This document shows, in pieces, positions 50,162 to 64,000 of a DNA stretch of 64,000 bases. This DNA comes from Octopus vulgaris (Eukaryota). The first letter of the stretch is position 1. Each line of letters opens with the position of its first letter. The notes under the pieces were generated by a model. It did no database searches, was not told the origin of the DNA, and saw nothing but the letters and a program-made list of their open reading frames with translations. Both the position numbers and the translations under genes were made by a program. The stretch is from assembly GCA_951406725.2 (NCBI GenBank), contig OX597818.1, positions 62,001 to 126,000 of the forward strand, read 5' to 3'.

Positions 50162-52479
50162 AAGAAGAAGAAGAAGAAGAAGAAGAAGAAGAAGAAGAAG
50201 AAGAAGAAGAAGAAGAAGAAGAAGAAGAAGAAGAAGAAGAAGAAGAAGAAGAATGATGATAATAATAATATTCTGCTTGTTCTTGTCTGCCTTTTCTGTG
50301 TGTTACGCTTATGTCATTAAGACAAATTATAACTCAAATGCAGAAATATTTATATACTAGCTTAAAAGCCACTCTATCGGGTGGCTTTTAAGCTAGTTCC
50401 TGTGGAGGGCTCTTCATTGGGCCTTGGGCCCAACAATGACACTTCATGCATTGAATACATATTAAATTTTATTAAACTTATTAAACAATATTTTTCAAGC
50501 AATGAACAATTTTCATCAAAACAATGATATTATTTGTCAACTTGGAACTTATTGCAAAGCTGCATGATAAACAACAGTACCACCACCATCGTCACCACAT
50601 CTGCCATACACACCATTCAGACTTCTGACGCCACCACCATCAGTACATTTGACTTCATTGCCTTCCCCTCCACCACCATCACCTCTGTCTTTCACATTGC
50701 TTTCTCTCACCGTCATCCTTGACCACCTTGGCTACCACCACTACCAACACCACCACTACCAATATCATCACTCCTATCACAACTACAGCTCATACTATTA
50801 CTATCACCCCATTACCATCAGTGTTCAGTCCCTGTTTCTCTCACATACTCACTCTTTCTCTCTCTCTCTCTCTTATTATTACTTCCACTACCACCATCAA
50901 CACTACTACTTTTAATAAAACATCATCAACTCTCCCTAAATTTCTTTGTCTCTCTTTCTCCCCCCCTCTCTCTCTCTATTTGTCTTCACCACTGCCCTCA
51001 CTGTATTTATGCCTGCTATTAATCTCACCCTAACATGAGCAATCGTAGAAGTATCATTGAATACTGAGAGAAGGGGGTCAAAGCATGACACACTGACACA
51101 CAGAAATTAGAATGTTTAAGAGAAGATTTATTGATATGTTAACATGTGATTGTGTGTGTGTCGTATATACAGAATAATAGGCAGGCCGTCATAAGAATAA
51201 GATGTATGCATGTGTATGTAGGCATAGATGTATGCCTGTTAAGAACCTATAAGGATGGTGATGAAGAAGAGACAGTGAAAGAGTCTATAATCAAAGTGAG
51301 GAGTAAGTTCATAGACACAAGAATGATAAATACCAGTTTGTAGTCAATTGTACACAATAGTTGAAATACTGTATCAAGAAGTTGCGGCAATGATGCAGAG
51401 CCAGTTGTGGTACATGTCGTACGTGAAGTTGTGGCTGTGATGCTGCTGCCTAGTCACTTGGTACAGGAGTTCTCGCAGGTTGTATATTTGCTGTTGGTCC
51501 ATGGTGAAGTAATTCATGAACAGTGGAGTGTTGGAACCTGGGTGAGTTGCTTGTTGAGTTGTGTACGTAGAGAGATGTTGGCGTTAGGACGATGATGGCA
51601 ACGGAGATGGAGGTTGCCGAATGCTGTTGGACGAAGTTGGTGAGTCTCCATGTGGCTGCTGTTATGTTGTTGCTGGAACTGGCTGTGATTTGTGTGGTCA
51701 GTGGCTAGACCTTAAAAGGTCTGGAACCGAAAGACCTCGAGATGAGGAGAAGCTGGGTTTTTATAAGGAGTTGTAGGCTCAAAACTGAATTGAGAACAGG
51801 CTGTCACACGTGACCTTATTTAGGGGCTTCGATTGGTGCAACAGAGTAAGAGACAAATTGCGCCAATACTAACCAATCAGAGTAGTGGACACAATGGGGT
51901 CCAAAATGCAGTCAAAGGCTAGCTGTTATCTACTATGTTTGTATGCGTGTATATATAATAGAGAGGAATAGAATTTCACTCGAGTGTACACTACAAGTTT
52001 GTTTCAATGCTTAATGGTATTATGAAAATAAGCATACATATACACATAGTCTGAAGGGAAAGTAAATATGATAGTTAATTAGACAGACACACACACAAAT
52101 AGGCAGGTAGGTAGGTAGGTGAGCCTACTGATACATCAGAAGTTATGCAAATAGAAAGATTTATTAATAGATATACAAATAACTAAATTGCAGAATTGAA
52201 GTGAAAGGAAAAGTAAAAGAAATATTCTCTGTTGGCAAATAACTTGGACTGAGCTATGTTGGTGGTTGGACTGTGAATAGCATTGTCTGTTTATATATTT
52301 TTTTAATCCCCTTCCTTAACACATGTGCTTTAATGCAATTAATTATTGTCTGCTCAATTGAAACATTTGTTTATAAAATATGTACATTGACAGACAACAT
52401 TAGCTAAAAAGAAAAACAATGAAAAGGATTATATTTTCAAAAAATAAACATGTACGACATGTATGCTGTGTCAGCATTC

Positions 52480-52630
52480 GCAATAATTGCGTTGAAGCCA
52501 CTTCAATAACAGGTGCACAAGAAGGAATACACTTCCAAATACCTCATATGAAGCTGGCTGCAGATGACTCCAGCTTTCAATTCATTTTGGAACGAGTCCA
52601 GTTTCCCGTAAGGTTGGCAATATATAAGGG
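52480..52630 (+). pseudogene. Helitron PIF1-helicase C-terminal fragment
   Basis: NNCVEATSITG...QIPHMKL..FQFILERVQFPVRLA matches the helicase RxQFPVRLA motif. Confidence 0.8.
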
Positions 52631-53039
52631 ACAGGCAGTGGCGGACTGGCCAGGTTGTTAGCTTGCCCGATGGCAAGTGGGCCCTTTAAGATATTAGAGT
52701 CCATATACGGGGGTGGGGCAGAATATCAAAACGTTGCTTTCAAAGAAATTATCTAAAGTCTTAGAGAAAGAATAAAAATTAAAGCAAAAGTAAAAAAAAC
52801 CAAATAAAACAATGAAGCAAAGCAGTTGGTCAAAGAATTCCTTGGAGAATTAATAGAAATCAAAATGTATGATACAGTAGACTGCTAATCAGTCGTGATA
52901 AAGTGTAACTAAATTTATATATATATTAATGCATATATACATACGCATATATATATATATATATAAAATGAATAGGAGACAGTCTTGTATGTATGTCTGT
53001 GTGTGCCTACATATATATGTGTGTGTGTGTGTGTGTATA

Positions 53040-53390
53040 TGAGTTCACATTCCACTGAGGTTAACTTTGTCTTTCATCCTTTTGGGGTTGATAAATTAAG
53101 TACCAGTGAAACATTGGGGTCGATGTAATTGACTAGTTGCCTCCCCAAAATTTCAGGCCTTGTGCCTTTAGTAGAAAGGATTATCATTATTATTATTAAG
53201 GCGGTGAGCTAATGGAATCATTAGCACACTTAGCAGCATTTTGTCCATCCTTACAGTTTGAGTTCAAATTTTGCCGAGATCGACTTTTGCCTTTCATCAT
53301 TTCAGGGTTGATGAAATAAGTACCAGTTACGTACTGGGGTCACCATGTCCCATCCCCCACAATTTCAGACCTGGTGCCTATAGTAGAAAT
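53040..53390 (+). mobile_element. Two SINE family A copies
   Basis: Family A bodies at ~53040-53180 and ~53199-53390. Confidence 0.8.
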
Positions 53391-53398
53391 TATTATTA

Positions 53399-53462
<64 letters not shown>

Positions 53463-53478
53463 TATTATTATTATTATT

Positions 53479-54031
53479 GAGTGAGAGAGCAGTGCATGCC
53501 ATCAAAGTGACACTGGGGTAAAATATACGAAACCCAGTATACCTATCATGACTACCCGTCTGATAAGGGTACACTAGGCACATGCATCACAACCATATGT
53601 GCACGACATGGTGATCTCATATCAAGATAAACAGCACATGACCTTGCAGGTGGGGCCCAGTTAGAATTTTGTTCTGGTCGAGTAGCCCATCCTGCTCAAA
53701 AGGTCCCTGAATAAGGGTTGTTTAAGGATGTTGAACGAAACACCCCTGTTTCCAAAGGTGAATTATTCAAACCCCAAAGAATCCCTTTCAACACATGGCT
53801 ATGATGCTTCCCCACTACATCTGCTCATGATCAGAGATACACATATCGTCAGCCACTAAGGAACATGCTCAACTGGTTAAGGTCAAACAACTGACAAGCA
53901 AATCTGTGGTATTGAGCAGAATATTTACTGTAGCCCATCTTTTATACCAAGACAAAACAATGTACATGATAACACTTGCAATCAGTTAAGATCAGAAGCC
54001 ATGAGAGCCACTGCCCGGTACTGCATCAGGG

Positions 54032-54033
<2 letters not shown>
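53479..54033 (-). mobile_element. Complete 555-bp (TAA)n-associated element
   Basis: Same termini and length as 46242-46796; (ATT)n on both sides. Confidence 0.9.
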
Positions 54034-54100
<67 letters not shown>

Positions 54101-54189
54101 ACTAGTGCATGCTAATTTAGTTAGCAGGCATTTCATCTTGATATTTGGTGATAAGTCTCCTCAAATTTCAGGAATCTTTCTTTGGTTAC

Positions 54190-55560
54190 TTGCAGAAATA
54201 TAGGATGATACTTGACAATGTGAGTTTCAATTCCAGTTTCTATCATTCATTTAGGTAGTATTTTAGGGGTTGTGCTAAGTGCACCAATTACTACAGGAAT
54301 AATTGCTGTCTTGGTCTTCCATCCACCTTGGCTCTCTGGTTAGATCCTAATATTTCTAAATTTTTTCAATTTCCTTGGTATTGGCTCTGCTATCATAGGT
54401 TAATTGCAAAATTTATAATCTTGTACTGTTTGTTTATTTTGTTCTCTATGATCATATCTAGTCTTCTTGCTTCAGTAGTATAGTTAGTCTTTATGGGAAA
54501 GTCCCACAAGATCTTGTAATTCTCATTTTCTGTCACTGCCTCTGATTCATGATCATGCCAGTTTGCTGTTGTTTTGAAGCCTTATACTTAGCTAACATTC
54601 CAATGCATTCTTTTGTCTACACAGCTATACCTGCACTTATACTCCTGTGCTAGTACACTGCACTCAAAAGGTAATTGATACTTTCAGCTCTTTTCCTGGT
54701 GATTTTACATTTGTTGTCTGACTGAGTTTTGTTGATCCCACCATGTGACTCTATCCTCTACTTTTCTTTGAATTTTAACTCCAAGAGTTTGCACTGTGAC
54801 AGAGGTAGTGCAGTGTATAAGGTCATTTAGATCTGTTATGTTTTTGATGTAGTTCTTCCATTTTTTACACTATATTCAATTCCTCTCAGAATCGGTAGCC
54901 TCTTTCTTTTGCTATCTCATGCCATATTCAGTTTTAGTCGTAAGCTTCTGTCTTTCTCTGTAACAATCTTTCTCTCCACAAAGTAAACTTTACTTTCATC
55001 CAAACAGCTATTTCTTTTGTGGAGATTCATTACTTCCTCTGCTAATCCCTGTTCTTATTCTTGTTTTGTTCTTAGTGTTCAGCATTGTCACTTTCACACT
55101 CTTTCACTATTGTAGAGATCTCCAGATCCAATTGGGATAGCCACTGCCTTTTCATGATTAGATATTTTTGGTCTACAAGTCTTAGCTCTGTGATAGGGAA
55201 CATGACTTTCTGTCCAAATTTTATGCATTCTTTTACAGTTTCCTATTTTGGTAGGCTCACTTCTGTAATAGCATTCCATTACAGTTCTGTCTTCATTTCC
55301 AGTCCATTTTCTCCTAATGACCAGGTCCACTCTGCTGTGCAGTGGAGCACTTGCCATGCAAGAGACCTTTACTCTGGGTTCAGGTCTCATAAATTTAGTT
55401 GTGATGATCTTTATTTGTCATTACACTCATAAAATAGACTGTATTGGTGGGATGTCACAGCCACCAGTGTTTTTATTGTGATACCATCTGTAAGGGGTTG
55501 CCAGCCAAGACTAAAGGGACCCACTTACCTCTGTGGTAGATTTATATCCACAAAGATGTT
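54190..55560 (-). mobile_element. Internally deleted R4-clade LINE (ORF start and RLE end)
   Basis: RRKWTGNEDRTVMECYY N-terminus; ENENYKILWDFPIKT, RRLDMII and IPVVIGAL C-terminal relics. Confidence 0.78.
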
Positions 55561-57929
55561 GTTTTTGTTCATGAGATATTTGTTATTATTATTATTACTG
55601 CTATCCTAAGTAGTAATGGGCCTATTGGCAGTACTAATAAAGAAATGCTATTTGGATGTCTGTTGACTGCTCAGAGTTCATCCACTCTTAGGCAGGACTT
55701 GTTTTTCCTCCTGTAGAGTGACCAAATAAGAAAAACACCCTTCTCACAGAGCAATCTCTGCGGACTTGCTGGTTCAGTTGACAATGGCCTGACATTTGTG
55801 ATTCAGTTTTAGTCTACAGTTATGGAATTAATGAAGGGACAAGTGCCACATACCTGCATAAATAAAGAAAACATATTTGTAGTGAAAGGAAGAAGCAAAA
55901 AAGAAAGAAGGAGATTATATAAAAGAGGGAGAGAGAAAGATGGTAGGAGAGCATGCATGCTTCACTGTGCAAGAGTATACAATGAATGATGGTGGAGTGG
56001 TGGAGTGGAGATTTGCATCAGCCCCAAGTAGAGTTGGGAAAGTGCTTTGTTGAGTGAGGGGAAGAAAGTTTTAAGTAGAATAACCTAAAATTACTGAGCT
56101 TACTTGATTAAAGTAGAGTTTGAGATTGGGGAAATGACATCGTGACTAATCTAAAACATATATATATATATATGTCCACAAACACACATATATGTATTTA
56201 TATATATTTATATCAGTGACCGGTAAGAAAGAGAGACAAAGAGAGAGATGAGAGAGGGCTTTTTTCTGTGTATATCTATAAATAAACACATGCACCATCT
56301 CCACACCACAACACACCTCACCTCTCCTGACTTCACATACAGACTATTCTTATTATGTTTTTACCATTCCTAGTTTCCTCAGATTCTTGTCTTTGATGTT
56401 CACACAGTTCTGTCTCATGACAGTTTCTTTTGTTCCAGTATTCTTTAAAAACCTATCAAACATATTGCAGCAATATTAAAACATTGTGAAAATTTAATTC
56501 TAACTTAACATGTGTTTTTCACAGAATCTATTGCATATTATTTGTGGTTTATTGAGAAATTGCTTCACAAATCCAGACAACAAAGGTTATAGGTTAGATA
56601 TTAAATTTCTTCTGTCCAGACATGTTGGAGAGAAGCATTTTAGATCTCTTTTCAAAAATGAATTAGGAAACTGATACTGAGTGAGCAAGCTGTCCATTTG
56701 TGTGTGTGTGTGTGACAGTGAGTAGAATAGTTGAAAGATTGATTTAAGTGTAACTAGAAATGTAAATAATGATAACCTTAGAGTTTATATCAACAGACTG
56801 CATCATTCCGAGAAAAGAACAATATCAGTATTAGCAGTTATGTTGTTAAATCAAGATATAATGGTGAGTGTTTGTATATGTGCTGTATGTATATGTGTGT
56901 GTTGTGTATACACACATAGAAAAACCAACATTTATACACACACACACATAAATATATATATATATACATAAACAGCAAGCTCTGCTGTACTCTTACACCA
57001 CAACTTTTTCTCACTCTTTCTTCCTGTTTCTGTTGCATCTGTATTTCAAAGGACCAGCCTTGTCACACACTGTGTCACGCTGAATCTCCCCGAGAACTAC
57101 GTTAAGGGTGCACGCGTCTATGGAGTGGTCAGCCACTTGCACATTAATTTCATGAGCAGGCTGTTCCATTGATCAGATCAACTGGAACCCTCATCATCGT
57201 AACTGACAGAGTGCCACGAGTATACATATTATTTTGAGTGGTATTTTATACGTTTGTCTGTATCTAAATATGCTAGCACAATAGAAATGATCATTGGTGA
57301 TGTATGGTGTAACCACCATTCTTGCTCTTGTTTATATGTACACACACAAGGACAGACAGACAACAGATGGATAGATAGATGTACAAACAGGTAGGTAGCT
57401 ATGTGATTTTATAACAGAAAGTTACCCAGTTCCACCTATACAGCAAAGCCAGTAAAAGTGTGGAGATAATGGTGTAACAGAATATAAAAGAATGGTCAGT
57501 AATGTTGGTGTGGGGGTGGGGGTAAAAGACATCAATTGACCAGTTGAAAGTAGAGATATTGGATGTAGAATGACTGTAGACATAAATGGCTTGGTTATTA
57601 TAGCTGTGTTATAAAGACATATTAGAGGTTAATGAATATAGGTGGGACAAATATAATTTTATTGATTGATGATGGAGAGAGAGGAGGAGAGGGAAAGTAA
57701 AGGGGGGGAGAAGGGGGAAGGCGAGAGAGGGTGTGAGAAGAGAGAGAATTAGCCTGTCAGAGAGGAGAGTGGGACAGACTGACAGATGCTCAGAGAGAGG
57801 AAGAGTCAATTAGAGAGAGAGCAGGGCTATGGACAGACAGAGAGGCAGCCTTTTGTTAAGTCTTGATAATTGCCATGGTAAAAAGAAACAGTATTTTATA
57901 CATTTGTACAGTGCAATGACATAATCTAT

Positions 57930-58570
57930 TCTACTATAAGCACAAGACATTAAATTTTGGGGAACGAGGCAGGATAATCAATTACATAGACCCCCGCCCC
58001 CACCCCCGCCCAGTGCCTAATTGGTACTTATTTTATCAACCCTGAAAGAGTAAAAGGTAAACTTGACCTCAGAGGAATTTGAACTCAGAACATAAAGACA
58101 GACAAAATGCTTAGTAGCATTTTGTCTGGTATTCTAATGATTCTGCCATCTCACCAACTTATCCCTTCTGCTGCGGGTACAATGCCTGAAATTTGGCAGG
58201 AGGGTAATAGTCAATTACATCAACCCCAGTGCTTAATTGGTCTTTATTTTATCGACCCTGAAAGGATGAAAATCAAAATCAACCTCAGCGATATTTGACC
58301 TCAGAATGTAAAGACAGAAGAAGAAATGCCATTAAGCATTTTGTCCAGCACACTAATGATTCTGCCAGCTTGCTGCCTTGCATAATAATAATAATTCTTT
58401 CTACTGCAGGCACAAGGTCTCATATTTTTAGTTGGGAGGGGTTAATTGATTACATTGACCCCACTACCGAACTGGTACTTATTTTATCAACCACTAAAGG
58501 ATGAAAGGCAAAGTCAGCTTAGGTGGAATTTGAATGCAGAATATAAAGACAGACGAAATGTCATTAAACA
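57930..58570 (-). mobile_element. Three tandem diverged SINE family A copies
   Basis: Repeated reverse-complement family A bodies. Confidence 0.8.
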
Positions 58571-58579
58571 TTAATTGAT

Positions 58580-59930
58580 GCTAAAGACAAAGTGGTAGGA
58601 ATAAGGTGCTGGCTCTGAGGTATAGCACTGGTGTGATCGAGTGGAGAAGTGATGAACTTAAGGAGCTTGATAGAAAGACCACGGAAATGATTACACTACA
58701 AGGATCTCTAAACTCCAGAAGTGACATGGACAGGTTGTATCTATTACAACAGAGAGGAAGCAGAGGTCTCAGCTGTGAAGTGTGTGTGAAGTCTGAGGAA
58801 AATAATCTTGCATGGTATGTAAAGAATTCAAGGTAGAGATTGATGGTAGGAGTAAGAAAGATAACACCCCTAAGCAATGATGAAGCAAAGGAAAAGGGAG
58901 AATTCAAACAAGGCAACCAGAATAACACTTTGAGTAGATGGGAAGAAAACAATGTATGGCCAGTTGCTGTGGGAAACTGCCTGAAACAGTTGACGAAGAT
59001 AAGATCTGGGAATGAATTAGGAAAATCAACTTGAACATTGAAACTGAAGCCCTTATTTTTGCAGCCCAAGAACAAGCACTGAGAACAAATTATATCAAGT
59101 TAAATATTGGCAAATTAGTGACTTTCCCACTTTGTAGATTGTATGGTGAGAAAGATTAATCAATAAACCATATTATTCATGAATGCAAGATACTTGAACA
59201 GAAACAGTACCAGAGAAGGCATACAACATTGCCATATTGATTCACAGGAAGCTTTGTCATGAGGACGTGAGTTTAAGATAAACTATCATTCATGAATGAC
59301 ATAAAACTCTTTGGTAGTTCATACATTCAGCATAGATACAGGAATGTAATTTGTCATAAAAACATGTGGTACTGAAGTGAGGTAGAATTGATAAGATGGA
59401 AGGAATTATATTACCAGATGGGAAGCTCAGTGGAAGTGAGCAATGGTATAAGCACCAACTGGAAAGGGTTACTGAAAACGAACCATATAAGATCAGTGCG
59501 ACCATTTTATTGTGGTGAGAGAACCTGACAGTGTTGTAGAAAAGAAGAACAAAGCAATTATTATGGATATCGCTTCACTGTGGGACCACAGAGTGAATGA
59601 GAAAGAAAGTAAGAAAGTTGAGAAATATCAAGAGCTGAGGAGGAAAATCAGGAAACTATGAAGAATTAGGCACTTAGAAGTGGTACCACTTGTGGCTGGT
59701 GCAATGGCAGCAGTTAGTTAAAGGTTGGATGCATGGCTTGAGAAACTAGGAATTGCTATCAAGATGGTAATGTTGCAGAAAACAACCTTGTTAGGAACAG
59801 GAAGGATTCTAAGAAGGGTGTTAGAAAGTTGAAAGAGAAGGAATGACCCAAAGGATCTTTGGTCATTTGATATGGCTTGCTCTTCTGGTATAGTGTTGGT
59901 ATAATATCTGCCAATGCAAAAGCATTACAG
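58580..59930 (+). mobile_element. Decayed R4-clade LINE, 3' half
   Basis: LRYSTGVIEW..LDRKT..DMDRLYL, AAQEQALRTN, CRL, KVEKYQEL, VPLVAGAM and QKTTLLGTGRILRRVL. Confidence 0.85.
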
Positions 59931-60214
59931 ATAATAATAATTATGATGATGATGATGATGGTTATAATGGACTCTACTGTTGAAGTCAACATATGAGTGT
60001 TCAGCTTTTGCCAAACGACCTGCACAAATCATTTGTTTATAGTGATCAAATCTATGAGCTGTTTATTAGCTTACTCCCTCCATCAAACCGACGTTACCTG
60101 AACAGGTGCATGGTGTACCATGCGTCAGGTGTCAAGGTGATTGTAGAGCAACATGAGATGTAGTGGTTTGCTCAAGAACACAATGCACCACACAGTCTAG
60201 GAATCGAATATTAA

Positions 60215-60432
60215 TGATTTCAAATTTTGGCACAAGGCCAGCAAGTTTGGGGGAGCTTGCTAGTCAATGTAATCTATCCTAGTGCACAACTGGTACTTAT
60301 TTCACTGACCCCACCAAAAGGATGAAAGGAAAAATCAACCCCAGTGGAATTTGAACTCAAAATGTAAATATGGATGAAACACCACTAAACACTTTGCCTG
60401 GCATAATAACAATTCTGCCAGCTTGCCACCTT
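60215..60432 (-). mobile_element. SINE family A
   Basis: Reverse complement of family A head and body. Confidence 0.78.
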
Positions 60433-60451
60433 ATTTGTTACTATTAATATC

Positions 60452-60608
60452 ATGTTGTAGAAAACAACCTTGTTAGGAACAGCAAGGATCCTAAGGATTT
60501 TGTTATAAAGTCAAAGGAGATGGAATCACCCAAAGGATCTTTGGCCATTTGATTCGGCTCACTCTTCTGGTATAGTGTCAGCATAACATCTGACAGAGCA
60601 AAAGCATT
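60452..60608 (+). mobile_element. Short second 3' end of the R4-clade LINE at 58580-59930
   Basis: Homologous to 59770-59928. Confidence 0.75.
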
Positions 60609-61791
60609 AATGAAAACAAAATAATAAGCTTGTTTTTTTCCTTTGTTATCATGTATCTTATTCATGAGTGTGCATTTCAACTTGAAAAGTTTGCTTCTAA
60701 CTTAACAGTAATAATATTTCTTGTCTACTTCACCACCAAAGGTTATTCATGTAGATACTTATTCTAAGGAACCTGATCTGGGAATTATCATAAGTTTTCA
60801 ATTACACTGTGATTACTCTGTAACTGTCATTTGGGTACAGACTTATGACAAAAACATGCCAATGATGACCATCCTGTCTTTTATAGCTATTTACTCCTAT
60901 GTAGTCCTTCCCACTTTTAAAAATCATATGGAGTGATTTGAGAATGATGTCTATTCTTTCTTGCAAATCAAGTAACTAAACAAAAGCTCCTTCTTTTCTT
61001 CAACCATTGAAGCTTGATAATATTGATAAACTTACAACTGGAATCATCACATTTTAATTGCATCAGTGTCTGTTAAGGACATTCATTATCCCTAATATAT
61101 AAAATAATGGTTTCAATTTATCTTTGATTTTCCTCTGCATTTAGACACTTTTATTAGCTCTTTCCTCAACTCACTTGATAATATATTGAATGCAATAAAG
61201 TTTATTTGTTCATCATTTAAAAAAACAAATAAACCATTATTCATTATGATATTTGTTAAAATTATATTGTTTATAGTTTGCACATTAAAAAAAAATCGAA
61301 AGATTTATCTCCCTTAGACACCAACTGTGCCCACACACCCAGCATGCCTTGTAAGGGAATTAAAACCAGAGTATATCTGCTTTACTTGCGCATGGAAAAC
61401 AAAGGGTTGTCTCACGCACACCCATCCCCCCCATGCGCGCGTGCATGTGTGAGTGCTTATTAATAGCTGAGTATATTAAAACCATATTTGTTAATGCTTT
61501 ATTTTTATATAATTTTCCTTTAGACTCTCCTTTTTAACTCTTTAATAATTAAATGTAAGCAGCCTGATAGGATTTGCCTTCATGTCGCTATTTACGCAAT
61601 GGAATCTATGGTTATAACAGAAAAAAGTTATGTGAGTGTGTGTGTGTGTGTGTGTGTGCGTGTGTGTGTGTGTGTGTGTATATATATTTATATACCCATA
61701 TATAGATATATATATCATATATGTATGTGTGCATATGCATATGTGTGTATATGCATATATCATCATCATCATCATCGTCATATATATATAT

Positions 61792-61863
<72 letters not shown>

Positions 61864-61924
61864 TCACATACATGTATGAGTGTATATGCATGTGAGTATG
61901 TGTCTCTCTATATATATATATATG

Positions 61925-61958
<34 letters not shown>

Positions 61959-63824
61959 AATGTGCGTGAGTGTGTGTGTGTCCTATCTTACAGCTTCATC
62001 ACAAACAGACGTTAAATAATGTATTTTTCAGAAATAATTGATTTTTCAGAATATGAATTTTATAATTTGAAAGGTAAAAAATAAATAAAATAAATGTAAA
62101 TTAAAAAGTAATAAAAGGAAACAAATAGGAAACAAAAAAGAAAAACATTGATTAAGTTTTCTGTGTGCTTTTTTCCTAAACTAAATTATGAAATTGTAAT
62201 GAATTACGTTTGAATAAACAAATGAAATTATGTAACTGTTAAAAATTTAACTGTGTGTGTGTATACAAGTGTGCATATACACACATATTTATATATATAT
62301 ATGTGTGTGTGTGAATACATACAATACATGTATGCATATGTATACATATATTTATATATACACATACATAGACATATATATGCATATATATGTATGTATA
62401 CACACACACACACACACATATATATATGTACACATAGACACACACATACACACGTGTTCATGGTGTGTGAGTTTATGTATATGTGTATGTATGTGATGTA
62501 TGTGTGTGTGCATTTGAGAGGGACATCTAAGTGTATGAGTACACATATGAGAGAGCAAGCAGGTAAGTGTATGCTTGTGTGTGTATGTATGTTGGCATGT
62601 GTGTGTGTGTGTGCATTATGAGTTTCTAAATTGGGAAAATATGTGAAGAATGAAGTGGGAATAGAAACAAGAGAACTTCAGGTTTGTTTTGCAGAACTTT
62701 GCAGTTTTATTTTTGAATATGGTTTTATGTTCATATTTGATATTTGGTAGAATTTATTATTGGAATACCTCTCCATGTTTCATTAACCCTGAACACGTGT
62801 GTGTGTGTGTGTGTTTAGTTTATGGAAAGGAGTGAGTAAAAATAACCTGATTTACAGGTGAAAATGAAAGGAATATCTTGTCAATTTGGCCTGAGTTTAT
62901 TTATCTTTATTTGTCATTGGACCATAGTCGTGCTGGGGCACTGTTTTGAAGGATTTTAGCTGAACAAATTGGTTCCTAGAATTACATTTTTCAGCAAAAG
63001 AGACCAGTAGAAGAAGTACCAAGTTTAAGAAAATTAAGTCCTGAGGTCAAATCATTTGACTAAAATTTCCTCAAGGAGGTGCCCAGCATGGCCACAGTCT
63101 GATTACTGAAACACGTAAAAGATAAACCAACACCAGTTGTCAAGGTGTGAGAGTGAGACAAACACACAAACACAGACACACACAGACACAAGGGTTGGAC
63201 AAAATAATGGAAACACTTTAAAATTTCAAACAAATATATATATATATATATAGTCAGGACTGGCTGGGGATTAAAGAACAATTACAGTAAAGTAAATATT
63301 TGTTATATCCTGAATGACTTTCAAGAGTTGATGTTCTTCTTTGGTTAGATGGAATGAAGCTGCTGAGAACTAAATCTCCCCTGTCCCACTCTGTATTGTA
63401 CACTGGCTTTTAATAGTTAACATTCCTCTGATTGATATGGTATGTATTTCTGAGATAACCTCTCTCTCTATATGACCTCAGTTAATCTAAAATAACTGAG
63501 GTTATCATGTCATCTACAAGATGAAGCTCTTAGTGAACTAAATTCATTTTATGGAAACTAAAATGTCCAATAGTTTAGAGAATGTGTGTGAGTTTGTGCA
63601 TGTAATTTTAGATATTTCAAATTAGCCACATTGTCAACTTCACCCACTATCACCGTCTGTCACTCCCCACACACATTCATGCACCAGAGTTTGTGAAATT
63701 CATGTCTGCTTATTTGATGTATGTAGTAACTGAATGTTTGTGGTTGCAACTGAATATGTTGTGGTGCTGTCATCTTCTCCACATCTTTATTCATGGAATC
63801 AGTTTATGTTAGGTTTGTGGTGTC

Positions 63825-63975
63825 TCTATGTTCTGAGTTCAATTCTGCTGAGGTTGACTTTGCATTTCAACCTTTCAGGGTCGATAAATTAAGTACCAGT
63901 TGCATGCTGGGGTCAATCTAATCGACTGGCCCCTTCCTCCAAAATTTCAGGCTTTGTGCCTAGAGTAGAAAAGAT
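63825..63975 (+). mobile_element. SINE family A lacking its head
   Basis: GTTCTGAGTTCAATT..GTCGATAAATTAAGTACC..AAAATTTCAGGC. Confidence 0.8.
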
Positions 63976-64000
63976 TATAGGAATGACAACAGTATTAGAA

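Noticed and set aside
55600-55875. Strong minus-strand acceptor (TGTTTTCTTTATTTATGCAG) near 55855
   Set aside because: All three frames stop within 15 codons and no partner exon is identifiable.
63471-63505. 13-bp stem hairpin ATGACCTCAGTTA/TAACTGAGGTTAT
   Set aside because: Too short and isolated to distinguish from chance or a MITE remnant.

Overview
Eukaryotic, AT-rich, microsatellite-saturated DNA. The SINE and LINE families resemble those of an octopus (coleoid cephalopod) genome; this is inferred from family recognition, not from a search. No intact host protein-coding gene is supportable, and almost all ORF-track entries are translated simple repeats or transposon debris. The window contains three tRNA-derived SINE families, RTE, R4/Dong-like, CR1 and Penelope-like retroelements, a near-complete DD34D mariner with mariner-derived palindromic MITEs, and several Helitron relics. 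Most notable: (1) a ~1.3 kb inverted duplication (34872-36157 / 39512-41227) with an apparently identical inner ~930 bp and a diverged outer part; (2) a 555-bp non-coding element that sits in (TAA)n tracts alongside Dong/R4-like LINEs; (3) an open 4 x 23-aa STPR-like repeat; (4) hammerhead-ribozyme folds; (5) fold-back structures at RTE 5' ends and paired Helitron 3' ends.
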